Shown here: piece by piece, positions 23,879 through 33,308 of the stretch
Numbering within the stretch: the first letter of the stretch is position 1
How the letters are laid out: each line of letters opens with the position of its first letter
IMG/VR virus record: IMGVR_UViG_3300045988_100944
Origin: a virus
Length of the DNA stretch: 55,127 bases
Direction: 5' to 3' (one strand)
The notes under the pieces: model-generated
Databases searched by the model: none
What the model was told of the DNA's origin: nothing
Seen by the model: only the letters and a program-made list of their open reading frames with translations
Program-made: the position numbers and the translations under genes

Positions 23879-24946
23879 ATGAATATTAGAGATGTATATA
23901 ACGCAAAGGCGATTGCCCTTGTGCAGACAGAAGTGGCAAGTAACAGAATCCCCTATCTTGGCGAAGGTCTGTTCCCTGCAAAAAAGAAAATGGGTCTTGA
24001 CCTGAAATGGATTAAGACTTCAAAGGGACTTCCTGTTTCTCTGAAACCTTCCAATTTCGATGCGGTTTCTACACTGAGAAGCAGAGAAGGGTTCAAGATG
24101 ACAGAAACAGAAATGGCGTTTTTCCGCGAATCTATGCTTGTCAAGGAAATTGACGAACAGGAAATCATGCGTGTGCAGGATACAGCGGACCCATACGCAC
24201 AGGACGTACTGAGAAGAATTTTCGATGATACCAACACACTGGTTGACGGTGCAAAAGTTGTACCAGAAAGAATGATTATGCAGCTGTTAGCCCCTTCTGA
24301 CGGTTCTCCTAAAATCTCTATACAGGCAGATGGTGCTACATACGCATACAACTATGACCCTAACAACGAGTACAAAACAAACAACTTTGCGGAACTGACA
24401 ACAACAACCGATAAATGGTCTGATACCGAAAACTCTGACCCTATGGATGATATCGCGACCGCGCTGGATTCCGTAGAATCCAGAACAGGCGAAAGACCTT
24501 CTATTATGATTGTTTCCAGAAAGACCATGGACTATCTGAAACAGAATAAGAAAATCAAGTCCGCAATTCTGGCACAGAATGTAACGGCAAATATCTTCAT
24601 GAACGATAACAGGGTAAAGGAAATCTTCTCTGCTGAATTGGGTATCAGCATTGTTGTTTATTCCAAGCAGTACAAAAACGAAGCCGGCACCGCTGCCAAA
24701 TTCTATCCAGATGGTTTCGCGACACTGATTCCTAACGGCGCACTGGGTAACACATGGTACGGTACTACACCAGAAGAAAGAACGCTGATGGGCAGCAAAG
24801 ATGCGGATGTATCCATTGTCAATACAGGTGTTGCAGTTGCGGTAACGGTTTCTAATGACCCTGTGCAGACAAAGACAACCGTATCCGAAATTGTACTGCC
24901 CTCTTATGAGAGAATGGACAGCACCTATGTTATTAAATGCTACTAA
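23879..24946 (+). CDS. Major capsid protein, lambda gpE-like family
   Basis: 355 aa; IPYLGEGLFPAKKKMGLDLKWIKTSKGLPVSLKPSNFDA pattern; AAGGAGGTG RBS. Confidence 0.85.
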   Translation: MNIRDVYNAKAIALVQTEVASNRIPYLGEGLFPAKKKMGLDLKWIKTSKGLPVSLKPSNFDAVSTLRSREGFKMTETEMAFFRESMLVKEIDEQEIMRVQDTADPYAQDVLRRIFDDTNTLVDGAKVVPERMIMQLLAPSDGSPKISIQADGATYAYNYDPNNEYKTNNFAELTTTTDKWSDTENSDPMDDIATALDSVESRTGERPSIMIVSRKTMDYLKQNKKIKSAILAQNVTANIFMNDNRVKEIFSAELGISIVVYSKQYKNEAGTAAKFYPDGFATLIPNGALGNTWYGTTPEERTLMGSKDADVSIVNTGVAVAVTVSNDPVQTKTTVSEIVLPSYERMDSTYVIKCY

Positions 24947-24962
24947 AAAGGAGGTCGGTTAA

Positions 24963-25181
24963 ATGAAATTCGACCACAAAGTAAAACATAACGGCATCTG
25001 GTATGAGCCTTTCGAGGAAGTTCCAGATTCTAATGGCAAGAAAGCCTATACAAAAAGCGAAATCGCGCGCATGCCTGTCGATGAACTGCGACAGTTGGCG
25101 TTGAAGGTTGGCATTGGTGGCGCAGCTGAAATGAACGGCACAGAGTTGAAACAGTATATCTTATCTGCGTTTGGCATGTAA
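24963..25181 (+). CDS. Small protein with Rho-N/SAP-like C-terminal helix pair
   Basis: MPVDELRQLALKVGIGGAAEMNGTELKQYIL. Confidence 0.4.
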   Translation: MKFDHKVKHNGIWYEPFEEVPDSNGKKAYTKSEIARMPVDELRQLALKVGIGGAAEMNGTELKQYILSAFGM

Positions 25182-25196
25182 GGGGAGTGATTGCTT

Positions 25197-25553
25197 ATGG
25201 CTGATTACAGCATTTTAGAGCAAGTAAAAATCAGACTGCGGCAGTTTCACGTTGACGAGGACGATACTGTGGTATTCGACCGAAAGGAAGAAAACCCACT
25301 CTTAAATCAACTGATAGAGCAGGCAAAAAAAGAGATTGCCATAAAGCGTATGTATCCAGATACATACTCGGAGGATGATATTGCGGAGGATTTGAAAAGG
25401 TTTGAGAACAATATCGTTGACTTGGCAGTATATGACCGCTCACAGGCAGGAGAAGCATATATGGCAAGCTATTCTGAAAACGGAGTGAGCCGTTCTTGGA
25501 AGAATAGAGAGGATTTGTTCTTTGGCGTATACCCGTTTGTAAAGGTTCTTTAA
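25197..25553 (+). CDS. Head-tail connector (gp6-like) protein
   Basis: Position and LEQVKIRLRQ...LNQLIEQAKKEI pattern. Confidence 0.6.
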   Translation: MADYSILEQVKIRLRQFHVDEDDTVVFDRKEENPLLNQLIEQAKKEIAIKRMYPDTYSEDDIAEDLKRFENNIVDLAVYDRSQAGEAYMASYSENGVSRSWKNREDLFFGVYPFVKVL

Positions 25554-25590
25554 AGGGGTTGGTATCGACCCCTTTAGTCGTTTTTGGTGC
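25553..25590 (+). terminator. Intrinsic terminator inside the structural operon
   Basis: AAGGGGT/ACCCCTT stem then TAGTCGTTTTT. Confidence 0.6.
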
Positions 25591-25801
25591 GTTGCTGTTT
25601 CAAAGTGCAAAGTATAGTTTCAATAATTCTATAGAATAATGAAAGTTTAATCGAAAATAAATGAAATTTAATTAAATTTTCCGCTTAATTTTCAATTAAA
25701 TTCGATAAATTTCTATTTCTTAACGAAACGGCAGCAGGGGTGCATCGTATCAAGTGGCGGTGGGCTGATGCGCAATTATTAAGCAGAAAGGCGGTACAGA
25801 A

Positions 25802-26101
25802 ATGCAAGTCGAAATAGCATACCTCATAAGCATAGTCTCTTTGGCATTTTCCGTCTTTTTCGGGTTGAAAAGTAGCAAGCATACAGACACAAAGGATATT
25901 GAGGAACGTGTGAAGGATAACACCAGAATCAATATGAAACTGGATGCTATCGCAGGAACAACACAGGAAATAAAGTCGGAGATCTCAACGATGAGGGAAG
26001 AAATCAATAAGCACAATGACAAGATTATCAAGTTGGAGCAGAGCCTTAAATCTGCACATCATAGGCTTGATACTCTTGAGGAACGAATGAATCATGAGTA
26101 G
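25802..26101 (+). CDS. N-terminal TM + coiled-coil protein (moron in neck module)
   Basis: IAYLISIVSLAFSVFFGL then heptad-rich helix; flanked upstream by terminator and AT-rich spacer. Confidence 0.65.
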   Translation: MQVEIAYLISIVSLAFSVFFGLKSSKHTDTKDIEERVKDNTRINMKLDAIAGTTQEIKSEISTMREEINKHNDKIIKLEQSLKSAHHRLDTLEERMNHE

Positions 26102-26111
26102 GTGGTTTCAA

Positions 26112-26534
26112 ATGCTCGATATTAACAGACAAAAGATGTTCTATGCAAAGCAAATCGGTCAAGTCCCTGTCTATGATACGGACGAGGATGGCAATTTGAA
26201 ATACATCACTGTGGACGGAAACCAAGTGCCGATAGAAACAGGGGAATACACAATGGGATACGATGTACCAGTTCCCTTCTATTCTTCAATCAGCAACAAA
26301 TTGAGCGAATCTCTTATTAAGGAGTTTGGTGTTGATAATTCAACAAATTTCGTTCAGATAGTCGATGACAAGGGAAAACTTCCTTTGTCTGTCGGGGATT
26401 TGGTGTGGAAGAAATCAGCGGTGCAGTATAAAGCGGCAATGGTCGATAAGACAAGCTGCGATTACATTGTCAAGGGCGTTGCGGATGAAGGTCTGACGGT
26501 TGATTTGTTTCTTTTGCAAAAGAATGTAAAGTAG
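26112..26534 (+). CDS. Neck/head-closure-position protein
   Basis: Trimmed to MLDINRQK behind GAGTAGGTGG; position only. Confidence 0.5.
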   Translation: MLDINRQKMFYAKQIGQVPVYDTDEDGNLKYITVDGNQVPIETGEYTMGYDVPVPFYSSISNKLSESLIKEFGVDNSTNFVQIVDDKGKLPLSVGDLVWKKSAVQYKAAMVDKTSCDYIVKGVADEGLTVDLFLLQKNVK

Positions 26535-26541
26535 GTGCAGT

Positions 26542-26898
26542 ATGGAAAATAAAACTGTAAATGTTCTTGGAGAGAAGTATTCAATTATGTTTGTGGATGA
26601 ATATCCGGAACGGTTTTCGGATTTTGAGGAATCGGCGGATGCCTTGTGCAATTTCTATGACAAAGTGATTTATGTATTAAATCCAAAAGAAAAACACCTA
26701 ACGGAAGATGGGAAAATCAACTTAAATAAAAGGAAACTTAGGCATGAGATAGTCCATGCCTTTCTTTTTGAAAGTGGTTTATCTTCCAATACACACGGGA
26801 TTTATGGCGCATGGGCTGAGAACGAGGAAATGGTTGACTGGATTGCAATACAATCGCCAAAAATATTTAAAGTATTCCGAGAACTTGAAATTTTGTAG
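26542..26898 (+). CDS. HExxH metallopeptidase-like protein in the neck module
   Basis: KLRHEIVHAFLFESGL; 118 aa. Confidence 0.6.
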   Translation: MENKTVNVLGEKYSIMFVDEYPERFSDFEESADALCNFYDKVIYVLNPKEKHLTEDGKINLNKRKLRHEIVHAFLFESGLSSNTHGIYGAWAENEEMVDWIAIQSPKIFKVFRELEIL

Positions 26899-26906
26899 GT
26901 GGTTCT

Positions 26907-27407
26907 ATGCCTAAGAAAATATCAATCAACATCATGTCCAATAAGTCCATCCAGAACGCCGTAAAAGAGGTTGAGAACTACGCATATAGCTTAACCGATA
27001 AATGTAACGAGTTTGCGAAAAAACTCGCTCAAATCGGCGCACAGACTGCCAAAATGAAGGTTGCTCAATACGATGCTGTTTATACAGGAGAACTTCTTAG
27101 CAGTATCAATTATGAGCAAGGGGCGGTTATTAAAAAAGGTGCAACGTGGATTGTGTACACTGGATGCGTTTGGGCAAAGTTTATTGAATTCGGTACAGCC
27201 GTTGTCGGGAAGGAAAATCCGCATCCCGATATTGGCATTGTTGGTTGGAAGTATGACGTAAATAATCATGGAGAAAAAGGATGGTTTTACTTTCGTGACG
27301 GCGAATGGCACTGGACAAAGGGTATGCCCTCTCGCCCATTTATGTATGAAACTTCCATAGAATTAGCAGAAAAGATTGCGGAAGTTGCAAAGGAGGTGTT
27401 TGGTTGA
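26907..27407 (+). CDS. HK97 gp10-family neck/tail component
   Basis: WAKFIEFGTAVVGKENPHP pattern and position. Confidence 0.7.
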   Translation: MPKKISINIMSNKSIQNAVKEVENYAYSLTDKCNEFAKKLAQIGAQTAKMKVAQYDAVYTGELLSSINYEQGAVIKKGATWIVYTGCVWAKFIEFGTAVVGKENPHPDIGIVGWKYDVNNHGEKGWFYFRDGEWHWTKGMPSRPFMYETSIELAEKIAEVAKEVFG

Positions 27408-27814
27408 GTGATAATTCATGGGCTTATGACCTTGGAACGGTTGTGTTTTCAATCGTAAAGGCGAAAGCCAAGCCAAAATTGGAATCGAAATATCCGACCA
27501 TATACTTCACAAGCAACGGAAAGAAATTAAGTGATGCCATCTTCCCTACCGTCTATATTCATCGTATGGCGGCGGCGGAACGTGGAGCAGACCTTGAGGG
27601 ACTTTCCGTCAATGCAACCTTGGAAACCTTCCAAGTGGATGTATTCACAAACACAAGCCAATCGGATGTAGGCAGAATAATGTCTGTTGTAGCAGACGTA
27701 TTCAAAGAAATGCGGTTCAAAGTTATTGCCCTTCCAGAATTTAATGAGGGGGATACATACAGAAGTACCGCAAGATTCCAAAGGACAATAGGAGCAAATG
27801 ACAGTTTAACGTGA
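27404..27814 (+). CDS. Tail terminator/completion-position protein
   Basis: TTG start behind AAGGAGGTG; directly upstream of major tail gene. Confidence 0.5.
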   Translation: MSDNSWAYDLGTVVFSIVKAKAKPKLESKYPTIYFTSNGKKLSDAIFPTVYIHRMAAAERGADLEGLSVNATLETFQVDVFTNTSQSDVGRIMSVVADVFKEMRFKVIALPEFNEGDTYRSTARFQRTIGANDSLT

Positions 27815-27815
27815 T

Positions 27816-27841
27816 AAAGCCATTTAGGGCTTTATTTTTTT
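27816..27841 (+). terminator. Intrinsic terminator
   Basis: AAAGCC/GGCTTT stem then ATTTTTTT. Confidence 0.6.
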
Positions 27842-27864
27842 ATGCAAAAAAGGAGGAATGAAAT

Positions 27865-28338
27865 ATGGCAGTAGCAGGTATTTCCAGTTTGGGAATCACA
27901 TTCGGTTATGGTGTGGAAACCACAGCGGGAACAAAACCGGCAAGTTTTAAAAAGCTGACAAGAATAAATACTATCGGCGGCATTACTATTGAGCCAGAAC
28001 AGATTGACGCTTCTGCACTGGAAGATGAAATCACAAGATACGTTAAGGGTAGAGCTGACACAGGCGGCTCTTTCAATATCACAGTAAACCTTACTGACGA
28101 TACCAGAAAAGAATGGGAGAATCTGATTACAGAATACAAGGGTTTGACAGGCGGCAAAAGAATGTGGTTTGAAACAATCGTGCCTGGTTTTGAAAACTCT
28201 TTCTTTGTCGTGGCACAGCCGCCCGAGCAGATTCCACAGCCAGAAATCAGCCAGAACGAACTTTTGACAGTTGAAATGCCGCTGACGATTGAAGAATATA
28301 AGGGCATGGATGCTACGGTTGCGTTCACGGGGGAATAA
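27865..28338 (+). CDS. Major tail (tube) protein
   Basis: 157 aa; AAGGAGG RBS; position before chaperones and tape measure. Confidence 0.8.
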   Translation: MAVAGISSLGITFGYGVETTAGTKPASFKKLTRINTIGGITIEPEQIDASALEDEITRYVKGRADTGGSFNITVNLTDDTRKEWENLITEYKGLTGGKRMWFETIVPGFENSFFVVAQPPEQIPQPEISQNELLTVEMPLTIEEYKGMDATVAFTGE

Positions 28339-28421
28339 AACGCTATTCGCAGAATGAACAGGCTGTGACGGATAGCGAAGAAAACGCCAATTCAGCCGAA
28401 TATTACTACTAATAAAACTTA

Positions 28422-28452
28422 AAGGGATGGAGAAAGACCCATCCCTTTTTTA
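28422..28452 (+). terminator. Intrinsic terminator
   Basis: AAGGGATGG/CCATCCCTT stem then TTTTTATTT. Confidence 0.8.
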
Positions 28453-28472
28453 TTTGTTCAGAAAAAGGAGAT

Positions 28473-28802
28473 ATGCAAATGAAAAACTTTACCATTAACA
28501 GAAAAGTATATAAGGCAAAAGAATTTGATTTTAACCTTGTTTGCGACTTGGAGGACGAAGGTATTTCTCTTGAAGCTATGCAGGATAAGCCCATGTCCAT
28601 GATGAGAGCGTATTTCGGTATCTGTGCTGGCATTGGAAGAAATGCGGCTGGGGAAGAAATGCAGAAACACATTGTTTCCGGTGGAAGTTTTGAGGAAATG
28701 GCAGAAGCTATGTCTGATGCTATGGAACAGTCTGATTTTTTTCGGGCTGCCAACAAGACAACGGAAGCGGAAACTGCGGAAAATCAGAGCGAAGCGGAAT
28801 AA
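28473..28802 (+). CDS. Tail assembly chaperone (gpG-like)
   Basis: 109 aa acidic, immediately upstream of tape measure. Confidence 0.8.
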   Translation: MQMKNFTINRKVYKAKEFDFNLVCDLEDEGISLEAMQDKPMSMMRAYFGICAGIGRNAAGEEMQKHIVSGGSFEEMAEAMSDAMEQSDFFRAANKTTEAETAENQSEAE

Positions 28803-29209
28803 GAAAAAACTACAAATCGTTTCGTGAGTTGTTGATTTCTGAATGGTTCCCACAGGCATACGCTATTGGGGTTTCGTGGGATGAATTTTGGAGAATGAAT
28901 CCGAGAATATTGTCTGCGATTGCAGAAGGATACAACCAGCGTGTCAGAAACGCAGATTACATGAATTGGATAAACGGTCAGTATACGCTTGCCGCCGTCA
29001 CTGTCGGTGTAGAACGAAATTTGGCAGGAAGAAAAGCGAAATCAGAATATCCTCAAAATCCGTTCTTTGAAGAAATCGAAAAGCAGAACAAACCTCTTTC
29101 CGATGATGAATTGCAAAAACAGCGTGAATTGTTTGTTGAGCGTTTGAAAACCATGCAGTCTAACTTTGAAATCTCTCATGGGAAGGTGGTGGAAATGGGT
29201 AATGAGTGA
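28473..29209 (+). CDS. Tail assembly chaperone G-T fusion via -1 frameshift at 28736-28742
   Basis: T TTT TTT in zero frame; -1 frame open from 28736 to 29209. Confidence 0.65.
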
Positions 29210-32200
29210 AATAGATAAACTTGAGATAAAGATTGTTGCGGATGCAACAGAAGCGGAAAAGTCTGTCAAAAAGTTGGGCAAGTCCATTGAGGGTATCGGG
29301 AAAACAGGAGATTCCACAAAACAAATTCGTGAAATTAAATCTGCTTTGGAGAGCATTAAAACGCCAGAAATAGAGATTAACGGCATAAAAGAATTTGCGA
29401 AACAAGCAAGAATCATAGCACACAACTTTTCAAAAGCCGCAAAAAGCGCAAAGGAAATCGGTATTGCGTTAAAAGGCGTGAATCTCGGACAACTCACAAA
29501 AAAGTCAAAAAAAGAATCTGCACCTGTTGAAGATTATAGTCATTTGAAGGACATTCCTATTTTTGACATAGGCAAGCAGATTAACGGAAAGCCGATACAG
29601 GATGCCGCAGAATCTATGTCTGATTTAACGAGCGAAACAAGCAGTGCCGTTTCCGTTGCAGGGCAGCTTGCCGCCGCAATGGGACGCGTTTCTGAAAACG
29701 CCGCAAAAACAGACAGATTTTCTGGAATAGAAAAGGAGATTTCAAAAAATCTTGGCATGACAGGCGTTCTGGATATTGATAATGGGAAATTCGCTGAAAC
29801 CATAGAGGAATCAAAAAGCCTTATCAATGGATTTAGAGTTGACTTAGAAAAACTCGGACTTAGTGAAATTAAGTTTCCAGAAGTCGAAAAGGCAGAACGA
29901 GAATTTAAAAATATGGAAAATACGGTTAGAGTTCTGACCGAAACCATAGAAGAATTAAAGTCTGCCGGTGGAAACGCCAAACAGATGAAACCGCTTGAAA
30001 AGCAGTTGGAGAGAATAAGCCAAAAATCAAAAATAGCAAATCTTAATCTGAAAGATACTATTGCACTTGCACGTTCTAAAATACCAAATATTCAAGAAGG
30101 ATTGCAGGAAAAACAGAGTAAAAAAACGCAACGAGAAGGACAGAGGAAACGCTCAAATAAATCTCGTGGGCGTTCATCCGGTGGGCTTTTTGGTCGCTCT
30201 GGCGGTCGCAATAGTTTTTCTTTGCCTAAAATGGTTGGTATGTCTTTACTGTACTCCACTGTATTTCAGCTGATTGGTACCATACAGTCTGCATTTGCAG
30301 AAGGTATGCAGAGTTTAGCGCAGTACAGCCAATCGGTAAACGCCAATATTTCCTCTATGATGTCCGCTTTAATGCAGTTGAGAAACGCATTTGCGGCGGC
30401 GTTTGAGCCTATCCTTTCTGTTGTCGCACCCTACCTTGCTACTTTCATTAGTTGGCTTGCGAAAGCAATCAATATGTTGGGACAATTCATTGCGGCACTG
30501 ACAGGCAAAGGGTATGCGGTACAGGCTAAAAAAGTGCAGATGGACTACGCAAAAAGCCTACAAAAAACGGCAGGAGGCGCAGGAAAAGCGGCTAAAGCGT
30601 TGAAGGAAATGCAGGACTATACACTCGGATTTGATGAATTGCACATCATAGACACCAAGCAGAACGATAGCGGCGGTGCTGGTGGCGGTGGTGCTGGCGG
30701 CGCAGGAGACCTTCTCCCTACCGATATGTTTGAAACTGTCGAGATTGATTCCAAGATAAAGGGTCTTGCTGACAGAGTAAAAGAAGCATTTAAAACGGGG
30801 GACTTTTACAGCCTTGGTGCTGATTTAGGTCAGAAGATACAAGATGCACTCGGCAGTATTGACTGGGATGCAATATATGAAAAGGCAGACAAATTCGGGA
30901 CTGGCTTGGCAACATTCTTAAATGGCTTAATATCGCCCGATACATTTTCTGTTTTAGGGGCAACAATAGCAGGCGCATTGAACACCGCATTGCATTTCCT
31001 TGATTCATTCGGCACTAAATTTGATTGGTCTAATTTCGGGCTGTCCATAGCAGCTGGAATTAACACGTTTTTCTCCACTTTCGATTTTGTCCTTGCCGCA
31101 GATACGGCTAATAAATGGATAAACGGTATTTTAACCACATTAATAAAAGCCGTACAGGGTACAGATTGGGCAATGATAGGAGAAAAAATTGGAACATTCA
31201 TAAAGGAAATTGATTTTGTCACCATTCTGTCCAATATCGGAACGCTGATATTTGAAGCAATATCGGCGGCACTTGAAGCGTGGAATGGTTTTGTTGATGT
31301 TGCGCCGATAGAATCAACTATCATAGCCGCTGTTGCGTTATTGAAATTTACTGGTCTGGGTGCTTCAATAGCCAAAGCAATCGCAGCACAGATAGCAGGC
31401 TCGGAGATTGTTACTGGTATAGGAACTGCTATTGCTGGTCTTGGACCGAAGATTGCAGGATTTATATTAAGTCCTTGGACGCTTGCCATAGGGGCGGCTA
31501 TATTAGCCGTTTTTATGACTATAAAGCATTGGGATGAGATAAAAGAGTTTCTTGCGAAGTTGTGGGATGGTATTAAGAAAACAGTAGTCGAAGTATGGGA
31601 CTCTATTAAAAATTTCTTCAAAACAACATGGGATGAGATTGTAAGCTACTACCCGGAGAAATGGAATGAATTAAAGACGGCAACCTCTGAATTGTGGGAA
31701 ACCGTCAAAACAACCATTTCTGAAAAATGGACTGCAATTAAGAATTTCTTCACGGAAACAATACCGCAGATTATAAGTGATATTGTTGGTTGGTTCTCTG
31801 AATTGCCATCTAAAATTGGCACTGCAATTTCAACTTTAATATCCTCCATCTTCCCTACATGGGGAAATGATATCTCAACTTGGATTTCATCTTCAATACC
31901 AGAAAAAATCAAAATGATTATCGACCTGTTTAAAGGAATACCACAGGGCGTATACAATGCCGTAACATCCATGGGTCGGAAGATTGAAGAAATCGGCAAG
32001 TGGATGTGGAAGGGCATTAAAAAAGGTTTGCTTTCTTTAGTGCCTTCTGGCGTGAAGGAAGTTGTAAGTGGAATACTTAGCGGTACAAAGAGCGCGGCGG
32101 AAATTCACTCTCCTTCTAAACTGTTTAAGCGAGAGGTCGGTGCTTATCTGGGCGCAGGTATCGTTGAAGGTATGGAAGAATCCGTCAAAGGTGCAGGCAG

Positions 32201-32921
32201 TGTTATTGATGAAATCGTAGACAAAGTATCTGGCGGTGGCAGTCTTGCGCCTGTTGTATCGGTCGAAGCACCAGATATTTCACAGTGGGATGCGACATGG
32301 GCTACATTGAGAGAAAATTTTACAGTGCTAAAGGAAGATATCATTTCAAGTATGAATACATTCTATTCGAGCATAAGTGCTATGACAACGAATTTCGGTA
32401 CGGTTTCCAAGGCACAGATAACGGCGTATCTGCTGAAAGTTTACGATAACATTTACAACACGTTTGATGCTATCAGACAGACCTTGCAGCAAGTATCTGA
32501 TGAGGTTACAAGGATGCTGAACCAGATGGTTTCCGATGCAAACTCACTGGCAGGATTGACTGGTAAAAAATACAGTCATGTCGGCGGCTACACCATGCAA
32601 CAGGCGCAGCGTTTCAATATAGAAATGTTTGCGAATGGCGGTTTTCCTCGGTCTGGCGAACTGTTTATTGCAAGAGAGGCAGGACCGGAACTGGTCGGAA
32701 GTATTGGCGGCAAAACAGCCGTTGGCGGCAATGACCAGATAGAACGTGCAATTTTTAATGCTGTTTTAACGGCTATGTCACAGGCAATGGCGAACGGTAG
32801 CAGTCAGCCAATCGAACTGAACCAGAAGATTGAACTAGATGGAGACGTTATTTATAACAATCAGCAGAAAGTATCCGCAAGACGAGGGATAAACTTTGGT
32901 CTTGGTGCATTTCAAAGGTAG
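29202..32921 (+). CDS. Tape measure protein
   Basis: About 1240 aa, helical with hydrophobic central block; ATGAGTGA overlap with chaperone stop. Confidence 0.9.
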   Translation: MSEIDKLEIKIVADATEAEKSVKKLGKSIEGIGKTGDSTKQIREIKSALESIKTPEIEINGIKEFAKQARIIAHNFSKAAKSAKEIGIALKGVNLGQLTKKSKKESAPVEDYSHLKDIPIFDIGKQINGKPIQDAAESMSDLTSETSSAVSVAGQLAAAMGRVSENAAKTDRFSGIEKEISKNLGMTGVLDIDNGKFAETIEESKSLINGFRVDLEKLGLSEIKFPEVEKAEREFKNMENTVRVLTETIEELKSAGGNAKQMKPLEKQLERISQKSKIANLNLKDTIALARSKIPNIQEGLQEKQSKKTQREGQRKRSNKSRGRSSGGLFGRSGGRNSFSLPKMVGMSLLYSTVFQLIGTIQSAFAEGMQSLAQYSQSVNANISSMMSALMQLRNAFAAAFEPILSVVAPYLATFISWLAKAINMLGQFIAALTGKGYAVQAKKVQMDYAKSLQKTAGGAGKAAKALKEMQDYTLGFDELHIIDTKQNDSGGAGGGGAGGAGDLLPTDMFETVEIDSKIKGLADRVKEAFKTGDFYSLGADLGQKIQDALGSIDWDAIYEKADKFGTGLATFLNGLISPDTFSVLGATIAGALNTALHFLDSFGTKFDWSNFGLSIAAGINTFFSTFDFVLAADTANKWINGILTTLIKAVQGTDWAMIGEKIGTFIKEIDFVTILSNIGTLIFEAISAALEAWNGFVDVAPIESTIIAAVALLKFTGLGASIAKAIAAQIAGSEIVTGIGTAIAGLGPKIAGFILSPWTLAIGAAILAVFMTIKHWDEIKEFLAKLWDGIKKTVVEVWDSIKNFFKTTWDEIVSYYPEKWNELKTATSELWETVKTTISEKWTAIKNFFTETIPQIISDIVGWFSELPSKIGTAISTLISSIFPTWGNDISTWISSSIPEKIKMIIDLFKGIPQGVYNAVTSMGRKIEEIGKWMWKGIKKGLLSLVPSGVKEVVSGILSGTKSAAEIHSPSKLFKREVGAYLGAGIVEGMEESVKGAGSVIDEIVDKVSGGGSLAPVVSVEAPDISQWDATWATLRENFTVLKEDIISSMNTFYSSISAMTTNFGTVSKAQITAYLLKVYDNIYNTFDAIRQTLQQVSDEVTRMLNQMVSDANSLAGLTGKKYSHVGGYTMQQAQRFNIEMFANGGFPRSGELFIAREAGPELVGSIGGKTAVGGNDQIERAIFNAVLTAMSQAMANGSSQPIELNQKIELDGDVIYNNQQKVSARRGINFGLGAFQR

Positions 32922-33296
32922 GTGGTTTTTGTGGCAGTAATTAAATATAACGGCACAGAAATTACCTGCCCTTCTGTGCAGGAATACGAAGGTCAACAGT
33001 TGGTTGACAGCGGCAGAAATGCAAATGGCGTTGTGGTAGCTCAAAAGATAAACCGCCGCCAAGTGAAATTGACATTGGAGTGGAAGGTTATTTATCCAAA
33101 GGAATTGCAGAAGATTTTGCAGCTGGTCGAAACTTTCATAGGCGAAGTGACCTATTATGACCCGAAGGAAGGGAAATTCATCACAAGGGAAATGTATTGG
33201 GGAGATTATTCCGTTTCTACATATTGGGTGTCCGAGAATGGCACACCGAAAATGTTTACAGGTCTGAAAGCCTCGCTTATAGATACAGGGAAGTAA
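32922..33296 (+). CDS. Distal-tail-position protein (short)
   Basis: GTG start (32922 or 32931) right after TMP stop. Confidence 0.5.
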   Translation: MVFVAVIKYNGTEITCPSVQEYEGQQLVDSGRNANGVVVAQKINRRQVKLTLEWKVIYPKELQKILQLVETFIGEVTYYDPKEGKFITREMYWGDYSVSTYWVSENGTPKMFTGLKASLIDTGK

Positions 33297-33308
33297 GGCG
33301 GTGGTTTT

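Noticed and set aside
30830-31621. 263-aa minus-strand ORF
   Set aside because: It is antisense within the tape measure gene. This is a typical shadow ORF of a biased-composition gene.
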